Shown piece by piece: positions 57,521 through 64,000 of a DNA stretch of 64,000 bases. Origin of the DNA: Diplonema japonicum (taxonomy: Eukaryota; Protista; Euglenozoa: Diplonemea); the NCBI GenBank assembly GCA_964019335.1, contig OZ025650.1:1-64000 (forward strand), written 5' to 3'. The stretch's first letter is position 1, and the number at the start of each line of letters is the position of its first letter. A program made the translations under genes and the position numbers. Below the pieces are notes generated by a model. That model searched no databases, was not told the DNA's origin, and worked only from the letters and a program-made list of their open reading frames with translations.

Positions 57521-59589
57521 AAAAAAATAGCATTCACAGCTCCCCCCCCACTCTTCTTGAAAGAAATTCAGGGGGCAAAAAAAAATATGAAAATTGTGCT
57601 TTATGCTCAGCAGTGCCCTGATCTGTTGGAAGGGAGGTGTTTTTTTTTCTTTTTTTCTTTAAACTTGTAATGATCAGATATTTAAAAATTCAGAGGGAGG
57701 GGGATGGGACGTACTCACCTTTCCTTGCAGGGGGGGGGGGGGGGATCCCCCCCCCTCCCCCCCAACTAGCTTCTGTTCTTGTCAAGAAGAAAAAAAGGAG
57801 GGGGGGGGGAAAAAAAGAAACCCCAAAAAGATCCCGGTGTTGGTGAGCTGCAGAACCAAACAAAAAGAGTGTGTGAAGAAAAAACCAGACTTTCTTTTCC
57901 CTTTTTCGGTGTGCTTGTTGGTGCCCACCAATTTCTTTTTTTTTTTCTTTCTGGAGCAAAATATCAAGAAAGGGAAGATTTCAAATCACCTGTGCTGCGG
58001 TCCTTGCGCAAGTAACAAAAAAAAAAAAAAAGATTACGGGAATCACAATCAAACCAGTGGATCAGCTCAAAGGCGGTTGCTTGAACACCACAAGCCTCCC
58101 TCCTCGGTGGCCAGTAGTACCGATTTCTTGTGAATTCAGCATAAAAAAACCACCCCTTTTCTTTCGAAAAAAAAAAAAAAGAATCTTCCCACCAGAAGGG
58201 TCACAGGGAAATGCCGCTTTTCTTTCCTCTTTTTTCTTTTTTCTTTTTTTTTTTTAAACTCTTCATAACCGTGTTCTTTTGGCTGCACAAAAGAAAAAAA
58301 AATGTAACCTTTTCTTTTAAAAACCTCATTTCTCTCCCCAGTTTCACAGGGAAATTTCGAAAATCCAAAAAGCTAGTTTGGACAAAATAAAAATGCACCA
58401 AAAGAAATGTTCTCTTGGTCGATTGTCTCCTCTCCTTTTTTTTTGCACAGCCATTCGATATGAAGCGTGGGGGAAAAAAAAATGAAAAAGAACAGGAAAA
58501 GAAAAGGACACAAGAGAATGTAAAGAATAAGGAGGAAGGAGGAAGGGGAGAAAACAAAACTAAAAAAAGGGGGGGGGGGCAGACAAGGACTAAAAGTTAT
58601 TTTTCTTTTCTTTTTTTTTTTTTTAAACAGGCGCCCGTCCAACGCAACACATGACAACAACAATACACGAGAAAGAAAACCGTCGTGTGTTTTTTTTTTT
58701 TTTTAAATGGTGTCTTTTCTTGTTATGCTGCTCAAGGAACGCGTCTTGATTTTCTTTTCCTTTGCCTGCAGAAAAAAAGGGAAGGGAGGCTATTAAATGA
58801 ATAGCGCAAAAAAAAAAAAAAAAAGGCGTGCTTCATGATTAAGTAGATAACCCCCCACGTAGGGAGGGGAGCTGCGCCGTATGGACACCCTTCGCAGCTA
58901 AAAAATATTAATCCCCCCCTTTTTTTTGAAAAAAATCTGAAAAAAAAAAAAAAAAAAAAAAACACAAAACGCGCAACACAAAATGAAGAAATGAAAAATA
59001 CAAAAAAAAGCAAGCAAAAAAAAAAAATAATAATAAGAGGAACCGGAAACGTGTTGCCATATATATAACGGTTCACGAAACACCTGCAAGAGGATTCTAA
59101 CCCACAACACTATCAAGACGTTCCCTTTTCTTTTTTTTTTTTTTTTTTTGTTTAGACAAGTCATAGACTTGTTTTTACAAAACCCCCCTCCCAATACCGA
59201 AAAATTGTAAAATTCAGGTCATTTCTCCGTTATTTGAGTTATTGAGATAGTAAACAAAGCACTCTCAAGGATCTCAGGGCTCGGGGATAACGGAGGGCTG
59301 AGACTATATAGAAAATTACAAAAAAGAATGAGCGGAGAAATATAATAAAAAAAAAGAAAAAAAAAAGACAGAGAGGAGATACCACTAAATATTGAGAATT
59401 CATACCATATTCTTTTAACAAGCCTTCTTTTTTTTTTTATATTTTCATTTTCTTATAACCCAGAAAAGAAATGCTATCAATTCTACGCAATATCGTGTAG
59501 TAGAGGAGGAAGAACAAAAAAAAAGTTATAAAATGGGGCTTTGATTGCAACACTAGGTGGCGTTAAGCGTGCAATGAAGCACGAACTAC

Positions 59590-59838
59590 CTACTTGATTA
59601 CAGGGGGCGCTCCTCGGCCGAGCAGTAGCTTCTTCTGCGTTCCGCGTCGTGTCCTTAATGCGTGCGGTGTGCTCAACCCTAGCCGGGGCGTCCCGGGTAA
59701 CCAAGATTCTGCGCTCGTGCAGTTTGCTGCCTGTTCGTCACCCTGAGCATCTGCGTTACGTTCTTCCACTCGGGCGCTACCGAGGAGGTCAACAGCGAAC
59801 AACACATCTGATGTACTTCTTATATTTCCATCCACCAC
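59590..59838 (-). repeat. ~245-nt GC-rich dispersed element, copy 2, directly 3' of an SL exon
   Basis: Homologous to 57247-57520; begins GTGGTGGATGGAAATATAAG immediately after the SL 3' end. Confidence 0.9.
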
Positions 59839-59876
59839 CAATAAAGTACAGAAACTGTAGCTTTAGAATCGTTGGT
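59839..59876 (-). other. Diplonemid-type spliced-leader (mini-exon) sequence, 38 nt, isolated genomic copy
   Basis: The minus strand reads ACCAACGATTCTAAAGCTACAGTTTCTGTACTTTATTG. The 3' part CAGTTTCTGTACTTTATTG is the conserved kinetoplastid/diplonemid SL end; the 5' part matches the recalled Diplonema SL AACCAACGATTTAAAAGCTA at all but 2 positions, with nt 1 missing. Confidence 0.9.
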
Positions 59877-60242
59877 ATAAAATAAAATGAGAGAAATACG
59901 AGGGCAGTTATGACAAAAAAAAAATGAGGAGCTAATTTTTTTCTTTTTTTTTTCTTTTCTTTGTTTCAATTATAACATTTTGTATTTCTTTTTTTTTTTT
60001 CTTCTTTTTTTTCTTTCAAGTTATTTTTTTTCTTGTTCGTTTTCTTTTCTTTTTTTTTTTTTGTAAATGTGCCCGGGAAAAATAAAGGAAAGGGAACAAG
60101 GGGTGGATGGTGGGGAAAAAATCGTCCATTCGTGCCGTGGGTTCTGCGAGAGAACATATTTCTGAAGCTACCAATGACCTTCCATTTTTTTCCCCCCCAG
60201 AGGGAGAGAGGAAGAGGGGAGAGGAGAGGCATGTTGAAAGGC

Positions 60243-60285
<43 letters not shown>

Positions 60286-60499
60286 CCTTTCGCATATACG
60301 CCAACGGCAGGGCAGCGCACCAATCAACATGCTATTAAAAAAATAAAATTAAGGGGGGCCGATAAAATATCCAAAAACACAAGCAGTTCACAGGGTAGTA
60401 AATGTGGGCCGCTTCTTTCATAGATTTTAAAGGCCCTTGACCCTAGACACACACCACACGCAACATGACAAATAAAGAAGAAAGAAAAAGGTAAGAAAC

Positions 60500-61775
60500 T
60501 TAGTTCCTGTTTTGCTGCTTCCTGTGTGACCTCTTGGTGTGAGTAGGCTTCACTGGTGCGGAAGTGATGTCTGACAACACATTCGTCGCCTTCTTGACGT
60601 TCTCCTTGTTGAGGTCGATGGAGCCGTTGATGGGCTCGGGGGTCTCCCTTGCAGGGCTGGGTGTCACAGGCTCAGGGGTCTCCTTGATGGGACTCGGCAT
60701 AGGCAGCTCTGTAACAGGCTCAGGGGTAGCCTCAACAACAGGTTCGGGGGTGGCCTCAACAGGCTCGGGAGTAGCAACAACAGGCTCAGGGGTAGCCTCA
60801 ACAACAGGCTCAGGGGTGGCTTCAACAGGCTCGGGGGTGGCCTCAACAACAGGCTTAGGGGTAGCCTCTGCGGGTTCGGGAGCAGCAACAACAGGCTCAG
60901 GGGTGGCCTCAACAACATGCTCAGGAGCAGCAAGAGGTTCAGGAGTAGCCTCAACAGCAGGCTCAGCTTTAACAGGTGTGGGAGTGACAGGAGCTTCAGC
61001 CTTGGGGGAAGGAGCGGCAGCTTCCGGAGTGGCAGGAGTCGTTTTCACGGCACTGCTCTTCTCCGCCTTCTTTCCTTCCCAGACAGCAGTGAACAGGACG
61101 TAGAGGGCCTCAATAAAGAGAGCGACAAAGGTGATAATACGCTGGGGGTAGGAGAGGGAGGAGTCGAAAAGAGCTATGAATGCTGAATCAGCCTTCTCAT
61201 AAGAGGAAGGGGAGTAGTGGTTGAGCTGCTCCTTGGCGGTGCAGAGCTGTTCCTTGGCGGTGGTGAGGGTGGGCTCCACGTGGGTCTTCGAGAGGTCTGC
61301 AACGGTGCTCTGCACAGTTGTAGTCCATTTTGCGAGCATCACAGCCACCTCGTCCGCCTTCTTCGCAACCTGGCCGGCGGTGTGCTTCCCGTTCTTCCCG
61401 AGGTCGCCTGTCGCCTCCCTCAGCCGCTCTGCTACCTTCTCAACAGTGTCGCGAAGGTTCTCCACGTGCTTCCGGACCTGCGACCTCTTCTCCTCCGGGA
61501 TGTGGTTCTCGTAGTACATCTTCACCTTCTCCTGCAGCTCACCGAGCACAGCCTCGACCTGTGACATCAGTTCCCCCTTCGCCGTGGTGATCGTCGTCAT
61601 GGCCCCCGTGTACTTCTCCTGTCCTTCCTTGTGCACCTCCTTTGCGAACTCCGTGATCTTCTTCGCAAAAGCGTCGATATCCTGTTGTGTTGTGGTGTGT
61701 TGCTGAATGTGTACTGCATACCGCCAGAATCTGCTCAGTAGCTTTGTGCGCCTTCTCAGTCATCGCGGTTTGCAT
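60500..61775 (-). CDS. Helical membrane-anchored family, paralog C, with Pro/Glu/Thr repeat tail; 1 intron (61682-61721)
   Basis: Spliced start MQTAMTEKAHKATEQILA|DIDAF, with the intron at an equivalent position to paralog A. The hydrophobic segment is followed by (V)VEATPEP repeats. Confidence 0.85.
60630..60960 (-). repeat. Coding minisatellite of 21/24-bp units encoding (V)VEATPEP
   Basis: About ten near-tandem ggctc(a/g)ggggt(a/g)gcctcaacaac units on the + strand. Confidence 0.9.
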
Positions 61776-62333
61776 CGTAAGAGTGATAGCGTTTAATAGT
61801 AATGGCCTGGTGGTGGTGGTGCACACTGTTGTCACAATGGAAAAAGGAATCTATGTTATTGGTAAGAAGTTAAAACAAAACGGGCAGGCTAGCAGTGGTC
61901 CGGAAACGGGACTAAAAGAGCGGTTGTGCAAGGGATCCCCTACAAAACAAAGTGAATCAAGGGGGGGAGGGGGGGGATTGAATGCCTCTGGAAAATATCA
62001 GCCAGCTTCCTTGAAGGCACAACCGAACAGGCGATTCTTTTTTTCTTTTCTCATAGTAAAGATACTGGTTTTCTTTTCTTTGTGAAGAGGAGTTGAAAGA
62101 GAAGAGAGAGAGACAAGACAAGGAATATACGCTCGCGAAAAAAAAAAGCAATAAAAAAACAAAAAAAAATAAAAAGAGAAAAGATTCGAACAGAGTTACT
62201 AAAGTCTGTTCTTTATGACCACATACAAAATAATAATAATAAAGAATGCCGCAAACTTATTTGGTTTCTACCTAATAAAGTAAACCGGGTTTTTTCTTTT
62301 TTCTTTTTTTTTTTGGAGGACAAAGAAAAAGTT

Positions 62334-63026
62334 TCATTCAGTTTTTTTCGGGTCCTTCTCCTTCTTGCTTTTCCAAAAAGGGGAAATGAGGAGGAGGAAA
62401 AAGGCCTGTATGACATAAAGGAATGCGATTATAATGCGTTGTGTGACGGGCTTCTGCTGGTCCTGAAGGGAACCAAGTGCTGAACCGAGTTTTGTGGAAG
62501 TATTCGGGGCGATGTTGTCGAGGCTGCCCTTCAGGGCGGTTTTTGCCTCGCGAAGCTGAGGCACGGTTTCAATGGCGGAGTTGATGTTGCCAATGTAATG
62601 GCAGAGGGATTCCTGCATTTCCTCAGATCTCTCTGCCATCCACGTACCCATTTCCTCAAGGTGTGCATCGGCAAAGATCTTAGCCGCATTCTCCTTGACC
62701 TCCGCTACAACCTTCTCAACTTCCTTTCTTTTCTTTTCTCCCACATTCCCCACGTACTGTTCTTTCGCTCTAATCATAATCTCTCCACTCAGCCTTTGGT
62801 ATTCCTTCATCAGTTCTGCCACTCTGCCGTTCTCCTGCATTATCACCTCAGGCGATGTGTCCTGCCCACCCTCTCGCATGTCCTCGACCAACCTCCCCAT
62901 CTCAGCTGCAACTTGCCTCAACCCCTCCTTTGCCCCTTCCATCTCTGTCTCAAACGTGTCCTTCATGAACTGATTCGTCGCATTCTTTGCCGTTTCCTTC
63001 ACGAGCTGCACGGAGGCTTGCTGCAT
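62334..63026 (-). CDS. Helical membrane-anchored family, paralog D (most diverged, intronless)
   Basis: Same layout as paralogs A-C; ends QRIIIAFLYVIQAFFLLLISPFWK, compared with QRIITFVTFILQALCLLF. Confidence 0.8.
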   Translation of the reverse strand: MQQASVQLVKETAKNATNQFMKDTFETEMEGAKEGLRQVAAEMGRLVEDMREGGQDTSPEVIMQENGRVAELMKEYQRLSGEIMIRAKEQYVGNVGEKKRKEVEKVVAEVKENAAKIFADAHLEEMGTWMAERSEEMQESLCHYIGNINSAIETVPQLREAKTALKGSLDNIAPNTSTKLGSALGSLQDQQKPVTQRIIIAFLYVIQAFFLLLISPFWKSKKEKDPKKTE

Positions 63027-63115
63027 CTTTTTTCTTTTTTAAATCTCTTTTTTAATTTTTTATGGAACGAATACTTTTTCTGTCAATTCAATAAACCCAC
63101 TCTTTTGACCTGACT

Positions 63116-64000
63116 TCACACCTTCTCAAAGGAGCTGAAGTCCACCCCACCTGGGATCTTCCTCGACCGCGATGCAATGGCATCCTGTACCCTCTTGTCG
63201 CGCTCCTGGTTGTTGAGGTCCTGATTGTTGCGATTAAACTCCTTCCTGCGCTGCGCCTGCAGATTGTACGGCTCGATCCTATCGCGGCTGGTGGTACGGA
63301 CCTGCGGGGAATCGGGGGTGAGGGTCACGGGGTCCACCTTACCGGTGTGCAGGTGGTCCCTTTTTCCCTTGACCTGTCGGAGGGTCGGGCGGGAACCTTT
63401 TTTGAATTGCCTTTCTGCCGCCTGTTTGAAGTCCATCAGCACTTCGTACGAAGGGTGCCCGCAGGATAGCGCGTAAGCATCGGCCTTCTCCTTGGACCCC
63501 AGCCCTATGGCGTGTGCCTTCTCGCACTGCAGCACATCGTGGTACACCGACCCGCAGATGGGGCAATTCGTTTCGGGGTCAACGCCACGCCGCCTTCTGG
63601 AGCACGCTGCTTGTTCGTGTTCAGTGCTGCTGCAGATCACGCAGTACTGTTCTATGCCCGCCAGCTGCTGCATCGACTTGTTGAATTTCGTTTGCGTTGA
63701 GTCGGAGTTGAGCTCCGGGCACACATCCACCGTGTGCGACTCTGACAAGCAGTGCAGGCACGAACGCTGCTGCTTCTCATGCAGCCTTGTCTTCGCTTCG
63801 CGCTTCTGCACGCTATGCACACGGTGTGCGCCCGTCACCACCACCCTGCTGAGATAGTCAATACTCCTGTCCACAAGACCCCCCTCCAAGTAGGTTGTGA
63901 AACTAGGAGGCCTGGGTGCTGAGACCATAATGTAACTCCACTCCAGACCCTTCTTGTCTTCGTCGGACCCGTAGCACAAATCCCAGTTGGCCTTAACAGC
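63116..64000 (-). CDS. Protein with three CCHC zinc knuckles; 5' end outside the window
   Basis: CLHCLSESHTVDVC, CVICSSTEHEQAAC and CPICGSVYHDVLQC (CX2CX4HX4C); frame open to the window edge. Confidence 0.8.
   Translation of the reverse strand, partial: AVKANWDLCYGSDEDKKGLEWSYIMVSAPRPPSFTTYLEGGLVDRSIDYLSRVVVTGAHRVHSVQKREAKTRLHEKQQRSCLHCLSESHTVDVCPELNSDSTQTKFNKSMQQLAGIEQYCVICSSTEHEQAACSRRRRGVDPETNCPICGSVYHDVLQCEKAHAIGLGSKEKADAYALSCGHPSYEVLMDFKQAAERQFKKGSRPTLRQVKGKRDHLHTGKVDPVTLTPDSPQVRTTSRDRIEPYNLQAQRRKEFNRNNQDLNNQERDKRVQDAIASRSRKIPGGVDFSSFEKV

Noticed and set aside
56020-60490. Many F/K-rich short ORFs in the long spacers (also 25240-26420 and 33820-35600)
   Set aside because: They are translations of poly-A/T/G/C homopolymer tracts.
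60630-60960. CRISPR-like array
   Set aside because: The units are contiguous, have no unique spacers, and encode an in-frame peptide repeat in a eukaryotic gene.
63116-64000. Retrotransposon gag suggested by CCHC knuckles
   Set aside because: No protease, RT or integrase follows within the window; it is equally consistent with a cellular RNA-binding protein.

Overview
Eukaryotic nuclear DNA from a euglenozoan, most likely a diplonemid. This is inferred from a diplonemid-type spliced-leader (SL) sequence at 59839-59876, trypanosomatid-like SAHH and PDE proteins, and cis-introns. All 28 protein genes I could call lie on the minus strand as one directional (polycistron-like) cluster. Spacers are either about 60-200 nt or 0.5-4.5 kb and homopolymer-rich. 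I reconstructed 14 tiny GT-AG introns (31-55 nt) that repair ORFs the track splits or mis-terminates. Conventional genes include a GAF-PDE, a CaMK-type kinase, a MORN protein, THP3-like, SAHH, eIF3i, ARL5, ARL16-like, ABCA, purple acid phosphatase and a large EGF-rich surface protein. Most notable: (1) a secreted cathepsin-L/cruzipain-type protein with its catalytic Cys replaced by Ser in a silicatein-type 'CxASYAF' motif; (2) a stand-alone fusion of a bacterial MbtH-like domain and a type II thioesterase; (3) a chromosomal SL exon fused head-on to a ~245-nt element present twice, suggesting an SL-headed retroposed RNA family; (4) a 316-bp TA-flanked MITE-like element; (5) a four-gene mosaic family of helical membrane-anchored proteins. 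All calls are by eye and from remembered motifs; no searches were run.
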